Shown in pieces: positions 6,540 through 15,396 of a stretch of 61,464 nucleotides of DNA. The DNA is taken from contig JAYEOW010000046.1 of assembly GCA_034723395.1 (NCBI GenBank), positions 1 through 61,464 of the forward strand, read 5' to 3'. Position 1 is the first letter of the stretch. Each line of letters opens with the position of its first letter. The notes beneath the pieces were generated by a model. The model saw only the letters and a program-made list of their open reading frames with translations. It did no database searches and was not told the origin of the DNA. This DNA comes from Candidatus Margulisiibacteriota bacterium (GTDB lineage Bacteria; Margulisbacteria; WOR-1; O2-12-FULL-45-9). The position numbers were made by a program, and so were the translations under genes.

Positions 6540-7897
6540 TGAAAAGAATAATAATTATGACTACTGTATCAATTTTTATTTTTTCCCTGTCAGTAGGTGC
6601 TCAAAAGACAACAACAACTACTACCAGGGGAGGTTTAACTACAACATTTGGCCGTGTAACTACTACAACCGCCGGAACAACAACTACAACTGCAGGTCCA
6701 GCCACAACAACAACCACAATCCCGCAACCAGCAGGACCGAGCCAATTTACCCAGCCGTTACCCAACGCGCCGGTTTCGGCCGGTTCAATACTTAATGCCC
6801 ACGGCAGCGATCCGTCTTTAAATGATATAAAAGGCCAGCCGGTAATCGGATTCAGCACCGGCGGTGGGATTACCGGTTATTGGGGAGCCGGGTATCATTT
6901 GTGGGTGGGGGTAGGGCCGGGAGATTATGTGCCGCTGACGATTGAGCGGCAGGGAGATGATATTAAGATTAGCTGGAGTACTGGAACACAGCCGGATATT
7001 TACTGCGCGGTCTATACCGCACCAGCAACCGGGCAATATGTTAATGAAGGTACAGATTGGACCGATATTACTGATGGGTCTATTTCCGACCAGTTTGATC
7101 TATTTAATGTTTCTTCAGGTTATATTCTGCATAATGACCAAGCTAGTGGGAGTTCCGCATCGTACGGCGAAGTTTATTACAAAGCGTTAAAGCCCGGAAC
7201 CGACCCGACGGCGGTGAATCCGGATACGAACCAGACCTATCTGTTCTCGGCTGAGGCAGTTGGGAAAATCGACATATCGGTTGATCCTGGTTATAATCTT
7301 GTCTCAGTTCCTTTTACGTACGAAGGAGTAGCCGGATTATTAAAAAATGTTTTTGGAGACCAGCTACATGCGGGAAATGTTGATACTGCTGATAGGATTT
7401 ATACAAAGGGTGATTCTGGATCATGGGGGATGGATAATGCCTATTTATCCAATGATGGAAAATGGTATTGGTCAAACCAGCCTGCGATTGAGTCAACCAT
7501 ATCCGTTGGTTCAACTAAGGGCTACCTTGTTAGAAATAAGGGATCACAAGTTCTGATTACTGTTGTTGGGGACGTTTCAGGCCCACAAACTATTGACATG
7601 ACACAAGGATTTAATGCTGTAGGAACTGTTCATCCAGTTAATATAGCTTTAAATTCTCTTGGGATATCTGGATTAGCAAATGTTACTGCGGGAGATGTTG
7701 CAACCGCAGATAGACTTTACATTAAAGAGGATGCAGGTTCCTGGGGGATGTCGAATGCATATTTGGCATCAGATGGAAACTGGTACTGGTCAAACCAACC
7801 AAGCGTGTTGGCTGATTTTACCTTTCATGCACCTCTGGGATATTATTATCGGATGCGAGGTTTAGGTAATATTCTCTGGTTAAGGGAGTTACCATAA
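6536..7897 (+). CDS. Secreted surface protein with Thr-rich linker, GQP adaptor-like motif and duplicated C-terminal module
   Basis: Signal peptide; poly-Thr; DIKGQPVIGFS; two repeats AG.V.TADR.Y.K.D.GSWGM.NAYL..DG.WYWSNQP. Confidence 0.75.
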   Translation: MMKRIIIMTTVSIFIFSLSVGAQKTTTTTTRGGLTTTFGRVTTTTAGTTTTTAGPATTTTTIPQPAGPSQFTQPLPNAPVSAGSILNAHGSDPSLNDIKGQPVIGFSTGGGITGYWGAGYHLWVGVGPGDYVPLTIERQGDDIKISWSTGTQPDIYCAVYTAPATGQYVNEGTDWTDITDGSISDQFDLFNVSSGYILHNDQASGSSASYGEVYYKALKPGTDPTAVNPDTNQTYLFSAEAVGKIDISVDPGYNLVSVPFTYEGVAGLLKNVFGDQLHAGNVDTADRIYTKGDSGSWGMDNAYLSNDGKWYWSNQPAIESTISVGSTKGYLVRNKGSQVLITVVGDVSGPQTIDMTQGFNAVGTVHPVNIALNSLGISGLANVTAGDVATADRLYIKEDAGSWGMSNAYLASDGNWYWSNQPSVLADFTFHAPLGYYYRMRGLGNILWLRELP

Positions 7898-7904
7898 GGA
7901 GGAG

Positions 7905-9203
7905 ATGTTAATGAAAATTACAATTCTAGGAAAAAGGATGGTGAAAATAGCTTCAATACTACTGTTATTACAGTTAGTAGCTACAGCTTCTTTTGCTGAT
8001 CTTCAAAATGTGACGATTAAAATTAATGATGGAACTGCAATTGATAATGGTGGATCAGCGATCCCTGATGGCTCAGGTTTTGTTCAAATTATTAAGGGAT
8101 CTCCTGGGAATCCTCCAACTGGAGTGGCGAATGGCGGCAATGGGCAGTTATCCGGCCCTGATGTCTATGCTATTGCTAAACAAGCACCTTATGCCGATGA
8201 AGAAATAAAAAATACAGTTGGTGGCTATCCGGGGACTCCTGCTGATGCCGGAGGATTTTTCCTCGATAACCAGATTGACAATACTATGGGCGCCGCATAT
8301 TATGCTAGATATTGGGATGCAGCAGGGACGTATTATGGAAACTCAACAACAATTACGCCATGGAGTGGTGGTTTACCAGTTCCAGCAGACATCTTTTTTG
8401 GTGGTTTTACCCTTTACAAGGCAGCTGCGCCATACGCGCTAGCTATCTCAACTGTAAACCAAAATGTTACGGTAGCCAAAGAGCTTTATCCTAATGCTGG
8501 GTCGGGAACCGATTCTGCGAATATCACAATTAGTTATTCTGGAGGAACGTCAACTGTAGGAGATAAGGATATTCAGGTAAAGGGAGATGCGACACATAAT
8601 GCTTATGAGGTATATGTTGAAAAGACTATTGCTGGAGGTTTTCCGTCTTGGGTACCGGGACCCGATCTGATCGTAAGGGATACTAATGGAATATCCCTTT
8701 CTTACAATACCAAGACAACTTATTCGGCATTTTTTAGCGATACAAGTATGGATTATCATACCAAAGTTGTGGCCTATAACTACTTTGGACCGACCACAAG
8801 CCTCACCGTGAAATTTAATGTCCTCGATTCACAGGGCGTAGGCGGAGGCGCAATAAATAAGACTTATAATTTTGCTGTTCTAGCACCTTTAGGTGTTAAC
8901 CAGTTTATTGTACCTATGGCTACCAATTTAAAATTTGATCCCTCTGGTGTAAATACCGATATTAATGATGTCGCGGATCTGGTTAATGCGATAAATACCC
9001 AAGCTGGTTCGAATATTTGCCAGACCTTTGGTTGGTGGGATGAAACTAGACAGGAAATGGTTGGTTGGACCGATGTATCCGGTTCCGCAGTTGCACAAAA
9101 CAGCCCGGGCGGGGCGCCGTCGGCAGTTGCGCTGGAATTAGATAAGGCTTACCAGATATCGGTCTCTGCGCCGATCACATTTATAATCCAGGGAGAAAGA
9201 TAA
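7905..9203 (+). CDS. Secreted beta-rich protein (paralog of 10694)
   Basis: Signal peptide; FN3-like end VVAYNYFG; Gly linker; C-domain GVN...INDVADLVNAIN...YQISVS. Confidence 0.75.
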   Translation: MLMKITILGKRMVKIASILLLLQLVATASFADLQNVTIKINDGTAIDNGGSAIPDGSGFVQIIKGSPGNPPTGVANGGNGQLSGPDVYAIAKQAPYADEEIKNTVGGYPGTPADAGGFFLDNQIDNTMGAAYYARYWDAAGTYYGNSTTITPWSGGLPVPADIFFGGFTLYKAAAPYALAISTVNQNVTVAKELYPNAGSGTDSANITISYSGGTSTVGDKDIQVKGDATHNAYEVYVEKTIAGGFPSWVPGPDLIVRDTNGISLSYNTKTTYSAFFSDTSMDYHTKVVAYNYFGPTTSLTVKFNVLDSQGVGGGAINKTYNFAVLAPLGVNQFIVPMATNLKFDPSGVNTDINDVADLVNAINTQAGSNICQTFGWWDETRQEMVGWTDVSGSAVAQNSPGGAPSAVALELDKAYQISVSAPITFIIQGER

Positions 9204-9216
9204 ATAGAATAATTTA

Positions 9217-10665
9217 ATGAGAAAGCTTTTTCTATTAGCTTTAATATTGTGCCTGGTGCTGACATTTGGTGTTTCCAAATGTCTGGCGGAGCCGCATATC
9301 TACGTTGCAAACTGGATGATAGTAGGGACGGTAACCGATGACCCGGTTACCCCATCCGGTAATGTAAATGGACGTAATGTGGTTTTTTATCAAATGTATC
9401 CTGAAACTGTAGGAGCAGCAAGCGGGGCATATGTTCCTGGTAAATACACAGTAAATATATATAACAACGGGAACATCCCGATCGATTCCACCGCGGATTA
9501 CTATATGGCGATCGAAAATGATAATCCTGCAGATCCGGCCAATGGCTACGGGACAGACCCGGTTCTGGTAAATATTAATGATGAGGGATATCTGGTTGTT
9601 GACCTGGAGCTTAAAAAGGGGGCTGGCCCAATTCCGCTTGAAATCGATGAAGGGCCGGTTATGCTTGAACTGGCCCGGGATGGTGACAGCGTAGGAGATG
9701 GATTGACTGCAACCTGGGCGGTTAATCCCGATTATATCCCTCCATTCGGACCCAATAATCCGATCGATGTTTATAAGCTAGAAGGAGATGGTTCTGGCCA
9801 GTTTGACAGTACAACCGGCTGGACCCAAGTTATAAATAATAATTCGCCGACCGATCCGATCGTAACTAATGTTGACGTAGGTAATAAACGATTTCAGATA
9901 TCAAATCAAGTAGGTAACGATCCAAAAGAGATCTACTTCAAAGCCTTAATTGCCGGCACGCCTACTAGCGATCCTAACCATGGCTTAGGAGAAACCGCCG
10001 CTGTTGGAAAGTTTAATGCAGTGGTAGCGAAGCCACCCGCGGGGAAGGATTATGCTTATTCATTTGTTTCGGTTCCTTTCCTGGTATCAAACCCTTCAGC
10101 CCAATCAGTTTTTGGCGATCAGTTATCGTCTGCCGGATCAAAAGCGGAGGCGACCGAGCTTTGGGGTTGGACCGGGACAACGTTTGGAAACCAGATGTAT
10201 CTAAGTGACAGCACGGGGTGGGAAACTGTCCCAGGATTCAGCGCTGTTTCGGCTACACCAGGATTTGGTTTTGTATTTAAAACAAAGTCTGCTTCTGCCC
10301 AAAATGATTCAACATTGTCGATGGTCGGGAAGGTAATAAATGTCGGGTTTGGCCCGATTACCATAGCCAGCAATACATATACATTCCTTGCTAATCCATA
10401 TCCGGCAACCATGGGTCTTAAGGCGGCGGGGCTTTCTGCCGCAGATGGTGTTAAAGCTGGGGCTGGTTCTGGTCTTGCGGACCAGTTTTGGGGTTGGACC
10501 GGGGATACCTTTGGTGAGCAGGCATACTATAATACAACTGCAGACGACTGGCAGGCGATTGCCGGGTTCTCATTAGTTAGTGATTTAGGGCCGGCTAGGA
10601 CTTTTGTTTATAAACGTAATCCTGATGCTCCGGCTGGTGGGTTTAACTGGAGTGTTGGGCCGTAA
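9217..10665 (+). CDS. Secreted protein: N-domain shared with 11837, C-domains shared with 6536
   Basis: GRNVVF...YGTDPV...GAGP; IYFKAL...AAVGK; VSVPF...VFGDQL; duplicated WGWTG.TFG.Q. Confidence 0.75.
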   Translation: MRKLFLLALILCLVLTFGVSKCLAEPHIYVANWMIVGTVTDDPVTPSGNVNGRNVVFYQMYPETVGAASGAYVPGKYTVNIYNNGNIPIDSTADYYMAIENDNPADPANGYGTDPVLVNINDEGYLVVDLELKKGAGPIPLEIDEGPVMLELARDGDSVGDGLTATWAVNPDYIPPFGPNNPIDVYKLEGDGSGQFDSTTGWTQVINNNSPTDPIVTNVDVGNKRFQISNQVGNDPKEIYFKALIAGTPTSDPNHGLGETAAVGKFNAVVAKPPAGKDYAYSFVSVPFLVSNPSAQSVFGDQLSSAGSKAEATELWGWTGTTFGNQMYLSDSTGWETVPGFSAVSATPGFGFVFKTKSASAQNDSTLSMVGKVINVGFGPITIASNTYTFLANPYPATMGLKAAGLSAADGVKAGAGSGLADQFWGWTGDTFGEQAYYNTTADDWQAIAGFSLVSDLGPARTFVYKRNPDAPAGGFNWSVGP

Positions 10666-10693
10666 ATTTTAATTAAGGAGTGGTGAAATTATT

Positions 10694-11818
10694 ATGAGAA
10701 AGTTATTATTTTTATGGTTGGGGGTGGTAGTCTTTGCGACGTCAGCTTTTGCAGCAGGGATTAACGTACACTGTACGGGTACCGCCGGAAGTGGCTATGC
10801 GCAGGATCACAACGGAAGCAATTTAAATATTTCATCAGTAATCCAATGGGTATATGGCAATCCAGGAGCTCCCGATCCAAATGTAACTCGTTATTTGCAT
10901 TCAGGTAATTGGCAAAATGATTATAATATTGGAGCAGGGACTGCCGGCCAGGCTGGGACATTCGATATCAATACTTCTTCAACTTCGACCAGCTTTTTAA
11001 GAATTTGGGAGAATGGAGGGCCAGCACAGGGAAATTATTATAGAACATTAGGAGGTTACCCAGTGGGGGATCCCCTGCCTAATGAAGTGAACATTGGTAC
11101 TTTCCAGACCAATTATCTGGCCGATATCCCGCCTGCACCAACCGTAACCGCGGGAGGCTGGAACCTTACCTGGGATGATACCTTACAGCAGTACTTAGTG
11201 GCGTTTTCCTTAACTGCGCATGCAGGCAGCGGACCTCCAGTCGAAGTAACTGGTTGGGCGATGGAAGTGAGGAAAGAATCAGATAGCTGGGCTCAAGGGA
11301 GAAGCCATCCTGGGGGTTCATGGAGCATAACTGAAGATCCAAACAGCCCGTATTTTATTGCGGGGCAAAATTACGTTGCGCACGCGCGGGCGACAAACTA
11401 TTTTGGGACTAGCGCATGGGGACCTGATTTTAATTTTACAATCCCTACTGGAGGAGGAGGCGGCGGAACAGCAGGCCCGGTTACCTATTTTCTTCGTGCA
11501 GCAGAGGGAAATGCTGTAGGCTTGAATGCGGTATCAGTTGTACATAATGTCCCTTTTAATATTTCCGGAAATTCGATCAACAATGTTGCAGATCTAACCG
11601 TTGCAGTGAACAGTGTTGCCGACGCTGATGTCGTGACCGCAGTTGGGAAAATGGTCGATGGGCAGATGGTTGGAGTCTATGTTACTTATGACAATGACGG
11701 GAACGCAAGCTATACTCCGACTGCCGGATTGGCGGATGCCGAAAATACCACGTTAGTCCGCGGAGAATCGTGGCAGATTTCGGTATCAGGAGACGTTGAC
11801 GTAACATTTACACAGTAA
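10694..11818 (+). CDS. Secreted beta-rich protein (paralog of 7905)
   Basis: Signal peptide; ARATNYFG FN3-like end; poly-Gly; GLN...INNVADLTVAVN...WQISVS. Confidence 0.75.
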   Translation: MRKLLFLWLGVVVFATSAFAAGINVHCTGTAGSGYAQDHNGSNLNISSVIQWVYGNPGAPDPNVTRYLHSGNWQNDYNIGAGTAGQAGTFDINTSSTSTSFLRIWENGGPAQGNYYRTLGGYPVGDPLPNEVNIGTFQTNYLADIPPAPTVTAGGWNLTWDDTLQQYLVAFSLTAHAGSGPPVEVTGWAMEVRKESDSWAQGRSHPGGSWSITEDPNSPYFIAGQNYVAHARATNYFGTSAWGPDFNFTIPTGGGGGGTAGPVTYFLRAAEGNAVGLNAVSVVHNVPFNISGNSINNVADLTVAVNSVADADVVTAVGKMVDGQMVGVYVTYDNDGNASYTPTAGLADAENTTLVRGESWQISVSGDVDVTFTQ

Positions 11819-11836
11819 AAAGTTAAAAGGGTAAGT

Positions 11837-12988
11837 ATGAAAAGATATCTATCTGTATTATTAATAGTTTTATTCCTGATGGCTGGGATCGGGTCATTGA
11901 TGCTGGTCCCGCAGGCGCGGGCACAGCTGGTCTATCTGGGAATGTACTGGATCGCCGGTGAAGTTGAGGATCCAGATGGGGTAGGCACCGACGGCAGGCG
12001 GGTAGTATTTTTTAAAGATCCATTGGTTAGTAATAATATCGAAGGGGGCTACGCGGACGATTATGTCGGCCCCACAGGCCTGGCGGGTGTAGCTGACCGC
12101 TTTGTCCTTAACGCGTTCGAAGATTACCGGATGCCGATCGTCCCGGGCAAATATTTTGCGGCGATCGTTAATAGCGACGTTGATAACTATGGGGCAAATC
12201 CAGTTGAGGTAACGGTTACCGGAAGGGGATTTGATATCGCTCCTAATATGGTTTTGGAGCTTAACGCTGGGCCAAATTCACCTTCGCCGCGCGGCGGTCC
12301 GGAGATCGATAATATCCGCTTCGGCAACCGTAAATACCAGGCGGAACTGGTGGCAAAAGGGCAGGAATTTATCGTCTCTTCACAGCCAAAAATATCGGCA
12401 GACGTCCGCTCTGCCATGGGATTGGATACCAGCAAGATATTTATGGTTGTCAACGAAGGGACCGCGAACGCCAAGACTTACACCATCGCTACAGATGCCA
12501 AGGTTAGTGTAGCCGCGGGAACGAGTACAACCCCGACCGAAATTTCTTTTATAAGGGATTTCTTTAACGAAGGTGACTCGCTGCCGGATGGCGAAACAAC
12601 CATTGCCTTTAAGGCGACCAATATATATGGTTCAACTGTGGTTGATTGTACAGTTACCGTAGTTGGCGGCGAAGCACGCTTGATCGGTGTGCCGCTTACT
12701 TACCCGAGCCCATTGCACCTGATGCAGGCTAACTCGGTTATCTTCCAGTATACGCTCAGTAAAGATACCCCGGTCGATATCTTCCTCTTCGATGTATCAG
12801 GACGTATAGCCAAGAAGATCACTTGTTACGCTCGTGACGAAGGCGGATCTGCCGGCGTGAACAAAGTTACCTGGAACCTGATTACCGATCAAGGGCAGAA
12901 AGTAGCTTCCGGGATCTATGTATTCAGCCTGGTCAACCGAGAGAGCGGCAAGCTCCTGGGTAAAGGTAAATTCACCGCGCTGCCGTAA
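11837..12988 (+). CDS. Secreted protein with C-terminal FlgD-Ig/T9SS type A-like sorting domain
   Basis: YPSP...YTL...VDIFLFDVSGR...GVNKVTWN...GQKVASGIYV...KGKFTALP. Confidence 0.8.
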   Translation: MKRYLSVLLIVLFLMAGIGSLMLVPQARAQLVYLGMYWIAGEVEDPDGVGTDGRRVVFFKDPLVSNNIEGGYADDYVGPTGLAGVADRFVLNAFEDYRMPIVPGKYFAAIVNSDVDNYGANPVEVTVTGRGFDIAPNMVLELNAGPNSPSPRGGPEIDNIRFGNRKYQAELVAKGQEFIVSSQPKISADVRSAMGLDTSKIFMVVNEGTANAKTYTIATDAKVSVAAGTSTTPTEISFIRDFFNEGDSLPDGETTIAFKATNIYGSTVVDCTVTVVGGEARLIGVPLTYPSPLHLMQANSVIFQYTLSKDTPVDIFLFDVSGRIAKKITCYARDEGGSAGVNKVTWNLITDQGQKVASGIYVFSLVNRESGKLLGKGKFTALP

Positions 12989-12999
12989 TATTATTTAAA

Positions 13000-13240
13000 C
13001 CCTCACCCAAGTTATCTCTAGCGTTTGGCTTATCTTGAGCTTCCCTCTCCCAGAGGGAGAGGGAGTAATGGTATAATAGTATTTAAATGAGAGAAGAAGA
13101 AGAAAATATTATAGATGATTCATTTGTCCTTCTCCCACTTGTCCCGAGCGGACTTGTCTCGAGCGGAGTCGAGAGAGTCGAGGGACTGGGAGAAGGTTGT
13201 TAAAGGAAGCCCATCTATAAAGAAACAGTTGGATGAGGGC
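13000..13240. repeat. REP-like GC hairpins (CCCTCTCCC..GGGAGAGGG) with nested 24-nt elements
   Basis: CCCTCACC...CCCTCTCCCAGAGGGAGAGGG at 13000-13063; CCTTCTCCCA[nested elements]TGGGAGAAGG...GGATGAGGG at 13128-13239. Confidence 0.8.
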
Positions 13241-13253
13241 TGCATAAAAGTTT

Positions 13254-13496
13254 ATGAGAGAAAAGAAGAAGATATTTGTAAGGACTTTAAGAAAATATCA
13301 AACTAAAACAGAAGAAATACTCTGGGGACTATTAAGAAATCGGAAGTTTATGGGATTAAAGTTTAGAAGGCAGCACGTTATTGAAGGATTTAAAGAAAAT
13401 AAGAAATTTGTTCTTAAAAAGTTAAGGCAATTTATCGATAAACATATTGTCCCTCTCCCTATGGGAGAGGGTAGATCGCCGGGAGTTAACAATTGA
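13254..13496 (+). pseudogene. Internally deleted DUF559 (Vsr-like endonuclease) gene
   Basis: LRKYQTKTEEILWGLLRNRKFMGLKFRRQHVIEGF jumps straight to the last helix; the DF..IEVDG..H core is missing and the tail PLPMGEG is read from a hairpin at 13451-13471. Confidence 0.8.
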
Positions 13497-15202
13497 CTAA
13501 TACTAGGGTGAGGGCTGATAATCTCGTTGGTCTTCTCCTCTTTCTCGGTACGTTTATCGTCTATATTAAAACATTATGCCCAACCGTGCCTCCGCGCGAC
13601 AGCGCGGAGTTGATTACCGTCGCTTATACCCTGGGAATCGCCCATCCGCCGGGATATCCGTTGTTTACCTTACTGGGAAAGCTGTTTACCTTTATCCCTT
13701 TCGGCTCGATTGCCTGGCGGGTCAATTTGCTGTCCGCCTTTTTTGCTTCGCTGACGGTTTGGCTGACCTATTTGATCTCGCTTAAGCTTACCAGAAATAT
13801 TATAGCCGGCGTGCTGTCGGCGCTGGCGCTTGCTTTCTCGCTTTTTTTCTGGAAACTGGCGGTAGTAGCCGAAGTTTTCCAGTTAAACGCCTTTTTTGCC
13901 GCTCTATTAATATACATTATTATAATATGGGCCGAAAAGCGGGAGATTAGGTTTTTATACCTATTTTCATTCATCTATGGATTAGGATTGACCAATCACC
14001 ATACTTTAATCCTTTTAGCTCCAGGGTTCGCCTATTATGTTTGGGTAAACGACCGTACCGTATTTTTTAAGCTTGGGAATTGGGGGATTATGGCAGGATG
14101 TTTTGCGCTAGGATTACTGCCGTATATATATTTGCCTATCCGATCTTTACAAAATCCATATATCGACTGGGGAAATCCGGAGAACTTGAAGAATTTTATC
14201 AATGTAGTTACCCGTAAACAATACGGGGGGATGCGGCTGGACCCTAATTTTAAGAATATGCCGTTTAGCAATCCGTTTGTCCAGGTAAAAGTATTTGTTT
14301 ATTGGATATATCAAAACTTTACTATATTAGGTCTTGTCGCGGGTATATTAGGGATAATAAAAAATATTAGAAATAATATTAGGGTATTCGGGTTTCTCAT
14401 TAGTGTATTTTTGATGACTGGATTAGCGTTTATGCTATTAGCCAATTACCCATTAGAGAGGGAGCTGTTCTATCCGTATATTACCGCTATCTTGGGGCGT
14501 TTTATGTTGCCGGCATTGCTTATTTTTGCCATTTGGATCGGGATCGGGGTAACCTGCGTATCCAATAAGAAGGCTGCGCTGTTATTTTTGATCATTCCGT
14601 TATTATCGCTTACGCTCCACTACAAAGAGGCCGACCGGAGCAGATACTATTTTGCAGAAGATGTCTTAAATAATATATTTTTATCGATTAAGCCAAATTC
14701 GATCCTCTTTGCCAGCGGCGACACGACCCTGTTTGGCTGCTGGTATATGCAGCAGGTTAGGGGGGTAAGAAAAGATATTAAGGTTATCAGTTCCAAGCAA
14801 TATGATTGGCGGGCGGCCCAGATATTAAAACGCTGGCCAAATTTAACCAAGCGGAAGATCGATTCCTATAAGTCTGAATACGAATTTATCGACGATATAA
14901 TTAAAAATAACTTAAATAAGGCCCGCGTTTATTCGGACCTATATCAACCTTATAAATTTAAGAAATATGGTAAGCACCTTGCTCCAAATGGTCTGATCTT
15001 TGAGTTCATCACTAATCCTTCCAGGCAGGCTAAAAAGAGGCATATGCTAAAGAATAATTATTTGTGGGGCCAATATCGGTTTAAATCCCCGTTATCAACT
15101 GCTAATCCCAACGATTATTTCAGTGTAGAGATTGTCGATTACTACAAGATGGCCAAAATGATTAGTGGGAGGTTAACGACCCCTTCTGTCCCTCGCCCTT
15201 AG
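13493..15202 (+). CDS. DUF2723/TMEM260-like GT-C membrane glycosyltransferase
   Basis: DSAEL...LGIAHPPGYPLF, GLGLTNHH and YLPIRS..NPYIDWGNP; many TM segments; TTG start is uncertain. Confidence 0.88.
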   Translation: MTNTRVRADNLVGLLLFLGTFIVYIKTLCPTVPPRDSAELITVAYTLGIAHPPGYPLFTLLGKLFTFIPFGSIAWRVNLLSAFFASLTVWLTYLISLKLTRNIIAGVLSALALAFSLFFWKLAVVAEVFQLNAFFAALLIYIIIIWAEKREIRFLYLFSFIYGLGLTNHHTLILLAPGFAYYVWVNDRTVFFKLGNWGIMAGCFALGLLPYIYLPIRSLQNPYIDWGNPENLKNFINVVTRKQYGGMRLDPNFKNMPFSNPFVQVKVFVYWIYQNFTILGLVAGILGIIKNIRNNIRVFGFLISVFLMTGLAFMLLANYPLERELFYPYITAILGRFMLPALLIFAIWIGIGVTCVSNKKAALLFLIIPLLSLTLHYKEADRSRYYFAEDVLNNIFLSIKPNSILFASGDTTLFGCWYMQQVRGVRKDIKVISSKQYDWRAAQILKRWPNLTKRKIDSYKSEYEFIDDIIKNNLNKARVYSDLYQPYKFKKYGKHLAPNGLIFEFITNPSRQAKKRHMLKNNYLWGQYRFKSPLSTANPNDYFSVEIVDYYKMAKMISGRLTTPSVPRP

Positions 15203-15393
15203 GCTCGGGACATCTTCCCCTTATCAAGGGGAAGAGAGTGAAGTTATTGATGTCTGTCTCCCCCTTCATAAGGGGGAGATACAGAGGGGGTCGTTAGACT
15301 TGACCCATCCTGCCCTTCATAAGGGGGAGATACAGAGGGGGTCGTTAGACTTGACCCATCCTGCCCTTCATAAGGGGGAGATACAGAGGGGGT
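15179..15393. mobile_element. Gene-less (MITE-like) derivative of the DUF559 hairpin element, with a 51-bp tandem repeat
   Basis: Same left end (ACCCCTTCTGTCCCTCG...CGGGACATC-TTCCCCTTAT.AAGGGGAAGAGAGTGA) and right end (CTCCCCCTTCATAAGGGGGAGATA.AGAGGGGGT) as 19827-20407; 51-bp unit at 15262, 15313 and 15364 (last partial). Confidence 0.75.
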
Positions 15394-15396
15394 GGC

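Noticed and set aside
15262..15393. CRISPR-like array (three ~30-bp repeats with ~21-bp spacers)
   Set aside because: The two spacers are identical, so it is a 51-bp tandem duplication. The repeat equals the DUF559 element end and there are no cas genes in the window.
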